From contig OZ024746.1 in assembly GCA_964016885.1 (NCBI GenBank), positions 77,810,001-77,874,000 on the forward strand: a stretch of DNA of 64,000 nt. Reading direction: 5' to 3'. Source of the stretch: Eledone cirrhosa. Taxonomy: Eukaryota. This document shows, in pieces, positions 41,208 to 54,030 of this stretch; the first letter of the stretch is position 1, and each line of letters starts with the position of its first letter. Both the position numbers and the translations under genes were made by a program. A model generated the notes under the pieces. That model had not been told where the DNA came from. It saw only the letters and a program-made list of their open reading frames with translations, and did no database searches.

Positions 41208-41894
41208 TATATATATGTATATATTGTTATACTTTAGGAGGGTCATGCTGCCAATAAAAACACACGCACCTGTTGGTTTTCACTTCAATTTATTATAAGT
41301 TTCTGCTTGGTTGGTTGGTTGGTTTGTTCGATAACTGGAAGGTTGTTTATATATTGGCTATTAGGGTAGTTTGGCAGGAGGATGCTAAAAATAGTATCAC
41401 TTTGCTCGGCCAATCAAAGCAACTCATATCATGGTATCATGAATGAAATATAACAGGGTTTTTAGATCAATACAATGCAAAAGGCATAGAAGCCATGGCA
41501 ATTATTTCGACCTTGCTACATGGACAACTGCTCAGTGATAGCATGTGGGAGGAGAAATTGTTACGAAGCAAACATCAAACTTTTGAAATACTGAGCGTTA
41601 TGAAGTTCATAGAACATGTAGGAACTCCGACACAGAAAGGTTTGTAGATACAGTAGATTGGTATGAATAATAGCTTAGAAAATAGCCCTATTGGCTGAAA
41701 GAAGGGCCAGCAGCAGCTATAAGGAATCAATCTCCATGACTCTCAAATTCCAGCTCAGCATTCTAAACTATTCAGTTAAATGACATATGTATTAGAAATA
41801 GTCCAGCCTATACAAGTATGGAAAATGGTTGGATGTATGTATGTATGTATGTATGTATGTATGTATGTATGTATGTATGTATGTATGTATGTAT

Positions 41895-42295
41895 GACCCC
41901 TTAGCCTTTGTCAAGGCAGAATTCTAGGAGAAGGAAAACTCTGATATAACACCTGCAACCCTGATGGTATCCAATGATGTTGACTTGTTCTTCTTTTTGG
42001 TAAATATCATCTTGGTTAAGAGAGTGGGACTGGCTTTGTGCAGTGCCTTTGCTCACTATAAAAGCTTCACGGCACAGGCATTGCTTTATATCTGGAGATC
42101 TCTCTGCACTTGTCCTCACATGGTACCATGGGCCCAGCACTATGTGTCAATAATTGTCACAGGTGTAGTGTTTGTACCAGAGTTTTCAAGTCATTGGCTG
42201 GACTAAAAAGTCACACTCGTTCAGCGCATCAGTAGGGGTTCTCCTACATGGATATAAAGTAGTGGCCGTACTCGAAAACGAGTTGGCAGCCACCA
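41895..42295 (-). mobile_element. Interspersed repeat inserted in (GTAT)n
   Basis: Flanked by (GTAT)n on both sides; homologous to 13981-14111. Confidence 0.8.
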
Positions 42296-43439
42296 TGTAT
42301 GTATGTATGTATGTATGTATGTATGTATGTATGTATGTATGTATGTATAAAGATGATGATGACAGGAAGTATATATATATATATATGTATGTATTATACT
42401 TTACACATACCTATATAAACATATACATATATACATGTGTATGTGTGTGTGTATATATATATATTTTTTTTTTTTTTTTTTTGAGCCTGAAGAAATTCTA
42501 CATGTTTTAAGTTTGTTTTATTTTTAGTTTTGATGTTTTTCTATAAATCATTTAAGAAACTTCCAGTGAGATAAAAAGACAGAAATTGAATGAAGGAAAA
42601 TTTAATCTTTCTGTATGAAAAATTAGATAAAAATAATAGGTATTGATTTTAGTTTATAGTTTATAGATTGAAATATAGGTTGACGAGGATGGGGTGGGGG
42701 TAATTAATAATAAATAAATAAATAAATAAATAAGTATATATATATATAGATATATAAAGGACATTTTCTATCTATCTCTCACTGTATTCATATTTGCTGT
42801 CAAACATGGTGTCTGTCGTAGATATATCAGTCATCTTTGTAAAAACTGTGTAAATCTAGGGTAGGGAAGGGTTTTATTGGACGGTGGGGGGGGGGTTTAA
42901 AGTTTTTTTTTACATTTTCTTAATTTTCTTAATTTTATTTATTTATTTATTGATTTGTTTGTTTATTTCTTTTCTTTAGCCATGTGGTATCTGTATCATG
43001 CTTCCAAAGCTCATATATACGCATATACACAAATATATTTCCTTGCATATTATGCATACAAGAATATACTCACACATGCACTCATAGTTGCATTCATCAT
43101 TCATTCATTCATAAATACATACATTCACATACACACATGTTCACACATGCACATACACACACATGTTCCCAAACACACAGACACACATGTTCACACACAC
43201 ACACTCTCTTCTCTCTCCTCTCATGATGGAAATAAACACCACCTATCAACTTAAAAGCTCACTTGGGGTAAAAACACAGTTTTCATCTCTGTCATATTAA
43301 AAAGAAGCCAATCATCAGATAAGACCAAGGAAACAATATTTTCAGCAATCTTTCCATTGCTAATACTATATACTGGGTCACACCACCTGGCAGAGAAAGT
43401 CATGTGAAATATAGCTTTCCTCTTCTTCTTCTTCTTCTT

Positions 43440-43682
43440 CACCCACTTATTCCTGAGAGGGTCATGAGGGCAGAGTCCTCAAACACTCTCTCCTGTGGGT
43501 CCTGTAAGAAGCAGACGTCTCCAACTGATCCGGCCGGATCCCCAAGCGTGACTAGCCGAGCTCATGGGTGCTATCCAACCATCTTGCTCGGGGTCTACCC
43601 TTATGTCTCCTGCCGGTTGGTTTTGCCCCGTAAAATCTGTCCAGCGATTCTTTCCTGAGGCGTTCTAACCACATGTCAATAG
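43440..43682. mobile_element. Second copy of the (TTC)-associated repeat
   Basis: Homologous to 3741-3985; preceded by (CTT)n. Confidence 0.8.
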
Positions 43683-44234
43683 TGAAATATAGTAGTTGCT
43701 GAAAAACATACAACACCACCCAGTCCAGGAATTGAACTCACAACCCTATGACTGTGAGTCCAACACCCTTACCACTATGACTTAACTTACCGACTGGTCT
43801 ATAAGTAATATTAGAACAAATATGAGGACTGGGCTGAAAAGAATTGAATGTGTTTTGATGGTTGTGTAATGTTAGTTCTCATGAAAGATGAGCGTGGGAC
43901 AGGTGAGAGAGGATCTTGGCATATGTCGAATAGGAATCTGAGGATGCATGCCGGAGAGATGACTGCACATGTAATGTGAATTGGTATGGATGATGATCGT
44001 TGAGTGAAGAAGTGTCAAGCAATCATAGTGGAAGGAAATTTGTAGAAGAGGAAGACTTAGGAAAACCTTAGCTGATTTCAAATTTTTGCATTTCACATGC
44101 TGGAAGACGAAACGTCCAACCCATGCAAGCATTGAGAAGCAAACAAAAAATGATGATGATGATGATACATACATGCGCATACACACACGTACACACACAC
44201 ACACATGCATGCACACTCTCACATACATGTTTGG

Positions 44235-44585
44235 ACCCCACCAGTTCTGATGATAAGTGTTCCAGGTGTTTGATCAACTGACCAGCCTGCTTGTGAAATT
44301 AACTTGCAAGTGCCTGAGCATTCCACACACATGTATACCCTTATTGCTAATCTCAGGAAGATTCAGTATGGCATAGTATGTGTGACATGATTGCTCTGGC
44401 TCATTAAATTACAGGCTTAATTCCCTGCACCCCCTCCCTTTTTTTTTTATTTTATATCCAACTGAGTGAATTTGGAACAATGTGAAATAAAGTGTCCTTG
44501 CTAAAGAACACAACACACTGCCGGGAATCGAACTCAGATCCTTATGAATCATGAGTCGAACACCCTAACCACTAAGCCATGCACG
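44235..44585 (-). mobile_element. tRNA-derived SINE family E (CORE-like)
   Basis: Reverse complement of TGGCTTAGTGG (A box), GAGTTCGATTCC (B box) and TGTGT.CTT.AGCAAGGACACTTTATTTC. Confidence 0.8.
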
Positions 44586-44989
44586 TTCTCATTGGCACAT
44601 TGACTGACTAGCTGACCAATCAATACATGCTATAAATACAGCCTGCTTGTGTATGCATGTAATTTGAATCAGCTTATCTTCTTGAACTGTTGACCAGCTC
44701 TGTAAATCCCGTTTATCAGAAATCAATCTTGGCACAAGTAGGTAATATAATTTCACCTACATATTCTTATTTGTCTTGGAGATCTGCAGAGAATCCTTCC
44801 CTCTTTCGTTAAACTAAATGTAAATATAGATGTACGCATGTGTGTGTGTATGTGCATGCGTGTGTGTCTGTTTGCATGTATGCATCAGCACACACACATA
44901 TATTTAGATATGCTTGAATATTCATATACACACACATATATATGCACTAACAAACATACACATGCATTACCACACTTGCTCTCATATAC

Positions 44990-45535
44990 ACATACACACA
45001 TCCACATAGACATACACACACACACATATATACCCACTGATACACATGCTCTCACATACACATGTACATGCTCTCACATACACATATATATATACAGATA
45101 CACATACTCTCATATACACATACACATACACACATGCTCCCACATACACACATATATATATATATATACTCAGATACACATGCTCTCACATACACACATA
45201 TATATATATATATATATACACAGATACACATGCTCTCACATACATATATATATATATATATATACACAGATACACATACTCTCACATACACATATACTGA
45301 TACACATGCTCTCACACACACATATACTGATACACATGCTCTCACAGACATATACTGATACACATGCTCTCACATACACATATACTGATACACATGCTCT
45401 CACATATACATACTGATACACATGCTCTCATTCACATATACACACTGTTACACCTGCTCTCATACACACATATACAGATACACACGCTTTCACATACACA
45501 TACACATACTAATACACATGTTTTCACATACACAT
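44990..45535 (+). repeat. ~30 bp minisatellite GATACACATGCTCTCACATACACATATACT
   Basis: Direct reading. Confidence 0.88.
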
Positions 45536-45988
45536 GTTCAGTCAGCACTGGTTTTATAATGAGGTTCTTAGTTGTTAGGTGTTCTGCTGAAGGAGAATAA
45601 TAGGTGTTTAACGTTTAAGCAAAATGAAATGGTTTCTCTCCTTCCTTTGCATTGGAAATTGCATTCACTTTTGAAGTCGGCTTGTTGAAAAGAGAAGTCC
45701 CCTCTACTGAAACTTGTACTTTCCAACAGACTGGAATTCTCCTGATGAATATAAAATCTTGTCCGACAATGTTTGCTTGGAGTTTTTAAAGTATTTTTGA
45801 TCCCTGAGGAAGTAAAGGGATGTAAGTTTGATAGCTGAGTGAAGTGTTGTTTTGGTGAATGCTCAGGGAAATAATTTCTTTCTTTTCGGCAGTGTATGTA
45901 TGTATATATGTGTGTGTATGTATGTATGTGTGTATGTATGTATGTATGTATGTATGTATATGTGTGTGTGTATGTGTATGCATGTATG

Positions 45989-46027
<39 letters not shown>

Positions 46028-46233
46028 ATATTGGTGTGGTTCTGACTGGTGAAGGAATGAGGTGGCAACATGGGTGGTTGGACGGAAATGTGAATGGGTT
46101 GTAATAAGATTTCATTATAGCCCTGCTTTGTAGGTTTAGTTGAAGACAAGCCAGTGTATACTACGATTCCCGGCACACCGTTTTTAGAACCAAATTCTTT
46201 GATAGACATTGTTTTCATTGCACTCCACTTGTC

Positions 46234-46268
<35 letters not shown>

Positions 46269-46790
46269 CGTATGTGGTGTGTATGTATATATATATATAT
46301 ATATAAAGATATATAGAAAGAGAAAGAGAGAGAGAGAATAATTACACAAAATCTTATTAGTTTTATGCTTGTGGGAAAAGGAATAAAAAAAAGAATAAAA
46401 TGTCTGAACATATTGGACATTGCTCCTTCATTGGGAAAGTGTAAATTTAGGAGAAAGAGGAAGTTGGGGGGAGGGATGAAAATAAGAGAGATTTATCAGT
46501 GTGGGTGAGGTGGGTAAGCAAGTAAATGGGTAAATGGTCCGTGCAGGGGTGTGAGCAGGGGAGACGGTTGTGTGTCCAGGTCTATCGTTGTTACAGGTTT
46601 GTAGGTATGCAAGCGTGGAAGATGGACGTTAAACGATGATGATGATGAGTGAGTGTGTGTGCTGAGGTGTGTTTTGTGAGTGTGTGTTTTTTTTTTTTTG
46701 TTTGTTTGTATGTATGCGTGTTGGAGTGGTATATATGTTGCTTGTGATGATATGTGGGTCTGTCGACACACACACACACTCACACTCACA

Positions 46791-46879
<89 letters not shown>

Positions 46880-47019
46880 TTGACTTTGCCAAAGTCTAAT
46901 TGAGATCAAACCATGGAAGAACTTGTTGAATTAAATCACAATTTCATGCTAAATAAATATACAAATAAAGAAATTATATAAAAGAAAAAGATGTGAAAGA
47001 TACATATATATGTATATAC

Positions 47020-47051
<32 letters not shown>

Positions 47052-47424
47052 GTATATACATATATATATGTATATACATATATATATGTATATACATATA
47101 TATATATGTATATACATATATATATGTATATGTATATACATATATATATGTATATGTATATATATATGTATATACATATATGTATATACACATATATATA
47201 TATATATATATATGAACAACAACAACAAACTCATTTGCAAATTTCAGCTCTAAATCTTTATGTTGTCTTTAGTATATTAACCGTTTCCTTCTACTGAATT
47301 TCATTCACAAAGCTTTGGTTGGCATCAGACTATAGTAACGAGTGGTAGGATATTCTTTGGATTAATACTGACTCCTGTTTAGTGAAATGAGAATTACTCT
47401 GTACACTACAAATGCCACATGAAG

Positions 47425-47730
47425 ACATGTGGCTTAATGTTTGAGGTATTTGATTCATGATCATAATGTGAGTTCGATTCCTGGCAGCATGTTGTGTCCT
47501 TGAACACAGCACTTTATTTAATGTTGCTCCAACCCTCTCAGCTGGCAAACACTGTGTAATTCAAAGGGCCAACCTTGTTACACACTGTGCTATACTGAAT
47601 CTCCTTGAGAACTATGTAAAGGATATATGTGTCTGTGGAATGCTCAGCCACTTGTACATTAATTTCACAAGTAGGATTTTTCCATTGATAGCATCAACTG
47701 GAACAGACATCATAGTAACCAATGGAAGTC
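47425..47730 (+). mobile_element. SINE family E
   Basis: GTGGCTTAATG, GAGTTCGATTCC and GTGTCCTTGAACACAGCACTTTATTT. Confidence 0.8.
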
Positions 47731-49396
47731 TAACACATTATTTTCCTCTTATTATAGTTTTAAGACTATATCATGTTTTTGTATTCTTTGATGTCTAATC
47801 CTATATGAAACTAAAAATCTTGGAAAATTAGATTTCTTTATATTAGAAAGTGCTTTTAGGATTCCATTTCTTCCATTTCTTAACTATTTGTTGTTATTTT
47901 TTCTGGTTTACTTTTTGCGGAGAAGGGTGGGAGAGTTGTAATTTCTTGTCTTTTGGCTTATCTTGATAAGGTATTTAATGACAGCTTGCTGTCTGAAGAA
48001 TTAAGGAATATATAATCACTGAGGATTGTGTTTAATATATTTTTCTTTTCTTTCTTATTCAAATAGAAGAAATGCATTGATAGTGTACATCTATTGTTAC
48101 TTTTACACACACACAGTATATATATCATCATCATCATCACCATTTAACATCCATTTTTCCATGCTAGCATGGGTTAGATGACTTGTTCTGTTGAGAGACA
48201 AGTCAGATTTGATGACAATGTCTTGCTCATACAGAAGTGTTTCTGGTTTGGTTTCTATGGCTGGGTACCCTTCCTGATGCCAGTTACATGTGTATATATA
48301 TATACATGTATGATTAAGCTGTGCTCTACTGAACTCTACCAATATACTGAGTACCTATCATCATCAGTTAATGTCTGTCTTCCCAGCTAACAAGATAAGA
48401 ACTGTCCAACCCTTGTTGACAGGAAAGGTAGATGCTAGATGATGTTGATATGTACTCAATGAGTTTGTAGAGTAAAGATTTATTGTTGGAGTTGGAATTA
48501 GCAAGTTCATTGTCTTTTAGTGAATAACGGTTTGCAGTACCCACACATACATCTGTACCCACACATACATCTTCTTTACACATGTTCCTGTACTTTGCAG
48601 AGTGTACTGGCCAAGTTTTATTGTAGCACCAACAGTAGGGAAGATGTCATGTTTTTGTCACAACTGAACAGTCCTCTCAACCCTTTGTTTGGCAAGTTTT
48701 TTATGGCTGGATGCTCTTCCGTTCACCAATTACTTTACAGAGAGTACTTAGAGAGTACTGGGTGTGTTTTATTGTGGCACCAACACTAGCCCTTGGCACA
48801 ACTGAAGGGTCCTCTCAACCTTGTTTTAGAATGGGTTTTTACAGTTGAATGCCCTTCCTGTCACCAACCACTGTATAACAACACAAGACAGGCTGATGTA
48901 TCACCAAGGAGGCTCTTCTCAACCCTTTTTTGACATGGTTTCTCTGACTTGATGCCCTCCTTATTGCCAATGATTTTGCAGTGTGTACTGGGTGTGTTTT
49001 GTCATGGCAACAGCATTACTGAAGTTAACATTCTCTTAGGAATGAATGAATGAACGAACGAACGAATGAATGAATGGATGAATAAATGGATTTAAAATTT
49101 TTAAATCTTAAAATACTTCTTTACACAGTATTGTTTGTATTATTATTTTCTGTTTGTTTTTTTATTTGTTTGATGTTGATTCCTTTCGAAAGGTCAACAA
49201 GTTTATTTTATTGGTGTCAATACTATTCTATTTATTAAAATTTAGTTGATTAGTTTAAACAACAGCCCCTCGCTAAATAAATAAATATATAAATTGATAA
49301 ATAAATAAAGTTAAACGAATAAATGAAAAGAAAATTTCATTTTTCATTTTGGTATCAGTTTGTGTATGACTTTTTTAAATATAGTTTTGAAACTTA

Positions 49397-50199
49397 TAAC
49401 CACCACCACCACCACCATACCAACACCACCACCACCACCACCACCATACCAACAACACCACCACCACCACCACCACCATACCAACAACACCACCACCACC
49501 ACCATACCAACAACACCACCACCACCACCACCATACCAACACCACCACCACCACCACTACCACCATACCAACACCACCACCACCATACCAACACCACCAC
49601 CACCATACCAACACCACCACCACCACCACCATACCAACACCACCACCACCATACCAACACCACCACCACCACCACTACCACCATACCAACAACGCCACCA
49701 CCACCACCACCCCCATACCAACACCACCACCACCACCACCATACCAACACCACCACCACCATCATCATCATCATAATCATCATCATTAACATCATCATCA
49801 TCATCATCATCGTATCATTATTTCACTATTATTGTTATTCTTTTTCCTGTTATCAAATTTATTGTTATCACCGTTGTTGTTGTTGTTGTTGTTGTTATCA
49901 TCATTCTCCTCTTCCTCCTCCTCTTTATTATTATTGCTATTATTATTATTATTATTATTATTACTACTACCATCATCATCATCATCAACATCATCATTGT
50001 TGTTGTTGTCATTATTATTATTAATATTATTATTATTATTGTTATCATTATCATTATTGGTGTTGTTGTTATCATCATCATCATCATCATTATCATCATC
50101 ATCATCATCATCATCATCATTATTATCATTATTGGTGTTGTTGTTATCATCATCATCATCATCATCTTTATTATTATTATCATTATTGGGGTTGTTATT

Positions 50200-50231
<32 letters not shown>

Positions 50232-50319
50232 TATTATTATTATTATCATTATTGGTGTTATCATCATCATCATCATTATCATCATCATCATCATCATCAT
50301 TATTATCATTATTGTTGTT

Positions 50320-50366
<47 letters not shown>

Positions 50367-50400
50367 TATTATCATTATTGGTGTTATCATCATCATCATT

Positions 50401-50435
<35 letters not shown>

Positions 50436-50454
50436 TATTATCATTATTGGTGTT

Positions 50455-50490
<36 letters not shown>

Positions 50491-50574
50491 TTTATTATTA
50501 TTATCATTATTGGTGTTGTTGTTATCATCATCATCATCATCTTTATTATTATTATCATTATTGGGGTTGTTATT

Positions 50575-50609
<35 letters not shown>

Positions 50610-50612
50610 TAT
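49397..50612 (+). repeat. (ACC)nATACCA minisatellite followed by an (ATC)/(ATT)/(GTT) field
   Basis: Direct reading; source of the poly-M/S/L ORFs. Confidence 0.95.
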
Positions 50613-52278
50613 TTTGTATTCATTGAAATTTATTTTACCATTCATTCAAACAATGTTGCTTTGTTATGATATGAAGAAGCCAGTTACTTCATTGCAACTC
50701 TAACACACAGAAAGAAAAATTTTCATTTGATTCTTCAAAATAAACTAACATTGGTATTATTTTATTTATTTTATTTATTTGGTTTTATTTTGTTTTTGTT
50801 AATCACTTTTGGAGATTCGCTTCTATTTAGTTTGAAATGATTAAACTTGCTGACATTCAAAATAAAGTACTGAAATCTTAGAAGATTTTTATCGGCAAAT
50901 TCTCTCCGTTACTAACAATTGCAGCATTAGATAGATTTTCTCTGGAAAACTCTGCAATAAAGACAGCGGGGTCATTCTTAGAATGATTTAAGTGGTGAAA
51001 TAAGATTTGATTGCAAACGAAAAACTGGAACCACATTTTGCTTCTTTTGTTTTCGTTTTCTTCTTCTTCTTTCTTCTTTTTCTTTCTTCATCTTCTTTTT
51101 CTTTCTTTCTTTCTTCTTCTTCTTCTTCTTCTCAACTTTTGTCTCTGTGTCTCTACTAGTCTCTCTCTCTCTTTCTCCATTAGTCTTTTCATTCTTATTT
51201 AATTTTGTCTTCCTTTTAAATATATATCTAATTGTTGTTATTGTTGCTTTTGTTGTTTTTAATCTCCATGCTTCTTTAAAACACTGATCTACTTTCATGT
51301 ATTAACAATTCTTAATTGATGGATTAGTAATTGATAGAATAATCACACGGTTAATTAGCCAACCTTTTTGTCCGTCATGAAGAGGATATCATTGCTTGCC
51401 TATCTACTGAAGGTTAATAATTTCCACTGCTAGTTGTCGAATGAAGAAGAATGGTTCACTTTCACTTTTAAGTTGAACTGTATCACCGCCTTTCTTATTT
51501 CGTCAAGTGGTCATCTTTTAATGACTTATTCCTACTTCCCTTAGTTGAAGGCGATCCAAATGTGTCATTTTAATAAGCTGGCATTCAGCGAAAGATATCT
51601 TCGATAAGATTAAATTATTGCAATAAGGGGAAAGCTTAGAGGCACATTTAATTGCTTGGAAAATGTTGACCTAATCATTGCATTAGATTTGGTTTTGGTC
51701 TGTTTAATTCCAGTTTATGCTGTTGTTAGCGAGAAGGTAATTGAAGTATTGTATATTATTCTAGCACTTGTTAAGTAGGCTACTGTCATTCATAGTTGAT
51801 ATACATTTAATTCATTACGTGGAGCACTCTCACTCTCATTCAGAAACTGGTCAGCATTGTTAACTGACCAATCTCAACAAATTTCTCCTTATATGGATGA
51901 ATATTTATGATCAGATTTGCAATATTGAATATCTTGAGATTAATAAATCTCCTGCCTAGAACAGTGTTTAGCTTTTGTCATCATCCTCTAGAATCAAAAT
52001 AAATCCATACTATTGCATCTATAAATGCTGAATACTAAATTTCAATCAGATGCAAGTTAATAGATCTTTCAGTTGTACATCTCTTCATAAACTCATTAAT
52101 AAATTCACTTGCTAATCTGCAGTTTGATTATGAATTTGCCCTAAAGTCATATTTGATCTCAATTCAGAAGTGCATTGACTTAGAAAGATGCATCGAAATA
52201 AACAGTTTGAATTTTGGCATTATGGTTCTTAAGTTCAAGCTTTACCAATTCCAATTTACTCTATCACTTATCCATATG

Positions 52279-52526
52279 AAGCTGGTAATAGGCTCTGGCC
52301 AGATGTAAAATATAAGTCACTAAAGCTGGTAATAGGCCCAGGCCAGGTGTAAAATATAGGTCACCAAAGCTAGTAATAGGCCTAAGCCAGGTATAAAGTG
52401 TAGGTCATTAAAGCTAGTAATAGGCCCAGGCCAGGTGTAAAATATAGGTCACTAAAGCTAGTAATAGGCCCAAGCCAGGTGTAAAATGTGGGGTCAGTAG
52501 TAAGTCTAAGCTAGGTATAAAATATA
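52279..52526 (+). repeat. 43 bp tandem repeat x ~5.5
   Basis: Unit AAGCT.GTAATAGGCCCAGGCCAGGTGTAAAATATAGGTCACTA. Confidence 0.92.
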
Positions 52527-53505
52527 ACCCCCCCATCATTACATGTTTTAGTAGAAAATATCTAAAAGCAGATTTATTATTTCAAATATAGAATTTTGAG
52601 TGGTGAACAGAATTTTGCAGTATTGGGATAAAGATTAAAATTTGTCATTTGATGCAATCATAGTGCTATTTTGTAGATTTTTAAAGAATATCATGCTAAT
52701 GTTATCTGGTTGCATATGGTATAGGATGTTGAGAGTTAACGATGGCCATTTTGTTGTAAATTAAAGGGATAAAAACATATGTACCAAAATTTTGTGTCAA
52801 GCTTTATAATTTGAAGAATCAACCGGGTTTTGGGTGTTAAGGTAGAGCAGTTTTAAAATAATAATTTTAGAGAATACCATGAAAATACAAAGGAGCTAAA
52901 ATAGTGAAGATTAATTCAGGATTAGACAGAGAATAAGGTTGTACTAAAAATTGAAGTGACAGCTAAAAGGATTAACCATTTGTGATATTCATTTAAATGT
53001 CATTCTCCTGAAGCCCTATAAAATACAGGCTGTGTTCGTATTCCATAAAGTCCTCGTTGTATTTTGCAGTTAGCTCAAGTTATGGTGTTTTCATGTGAAA
53101 AGGAAAAGCCATGTCTTTTCTTTTCATCTTTTCACAGATAAATCCTGTTCTTATGTAAATATTTACATACTGTTAGATCTTACAACAATTCAGTGAACTC
53201 TAGTTTACTGTTTAAGTTTTTGCTATGTTAGTTTCTTTCAAATATTTTTCTTCTTCAATTCATTCTGTCCTTTACTTATATACAGTTTGCACAACAACTT
53301 TGTTTTGTCTTCAGTTTCCTATACATTTTATTTATAAATCATATATTTAAAAAAAAAAGGAAATCATTTTGTTCATCTCAAAGACCCTTAACACACTGGC
53401 ACATAATTGAAGCAGAAATACTTTTTAATTTTATACAGTGTATTTATCTGCCTTGCCATTAAAGAAAAACTGGAAACTAAGTTTTATGGAGAAGAAAAAC
53501 AAATT

Positions 53506-53552
<47 letters not shown>

Positions 53553-53621
53553 ATATGTGGTTGATGGCTGAGAGAAAGGAGTACTATATATGTATAAATA
53601 TATGTGTGTATATGTATGTGA

Positions 53622-53800
53622 AGGCGTATGGCTTAGTCGTTAGGATGTTGGGATTGCAATTGAGAGGTTGTGAGTTTGATTCTCGGACCGGGTGATGCGT
53701 TGTGTCCTTGAACAAGACACTTTATTTCATGTTACTCCAGTTTACCCAGCTATATAAATGAGTTGTGACGTCACTGGTGTCAGTCTGTATTCACCGTTAC
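53622..53800 (+). mobile_element. SINE family E
   Basis: GGCGTATGGCTTAGTCGTTAGG, GAGTTTGATTC and GTGTCCTTGAACAAGACACTTT. Confidence 0.8.
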
Positions 53801-53837
53801 CTTATAATCATCATCGTCATTGTCGTTTTAACATCTG

Positions 53838-53903
<66 letters not shown>

Positions 53904-53931
53904 AAAAAGAGAGAGAGAGAGACATACATGC

Positions 53932-54030
53932 AATAATTGTTTCTACTTTTGGCACAAGGCCAGCAATTATCCCAGTGCATTACTGGTATTTTATTTTATC
54001 GACCCTGTAAGGATGAAAGGCAAAGTTGAC
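53932..54030 (-). mobile_element. SINE family A, 3' half
   Basis: Matches the family A 3' end. Confidence 0.88.

Noticed and set aside
41490-41543. Hammerhead-like remnant on the minus strand (CTGAGCA..GGTCGAAATAATTG)
   Set aside because: The core and stems are too degenerate to support a call.
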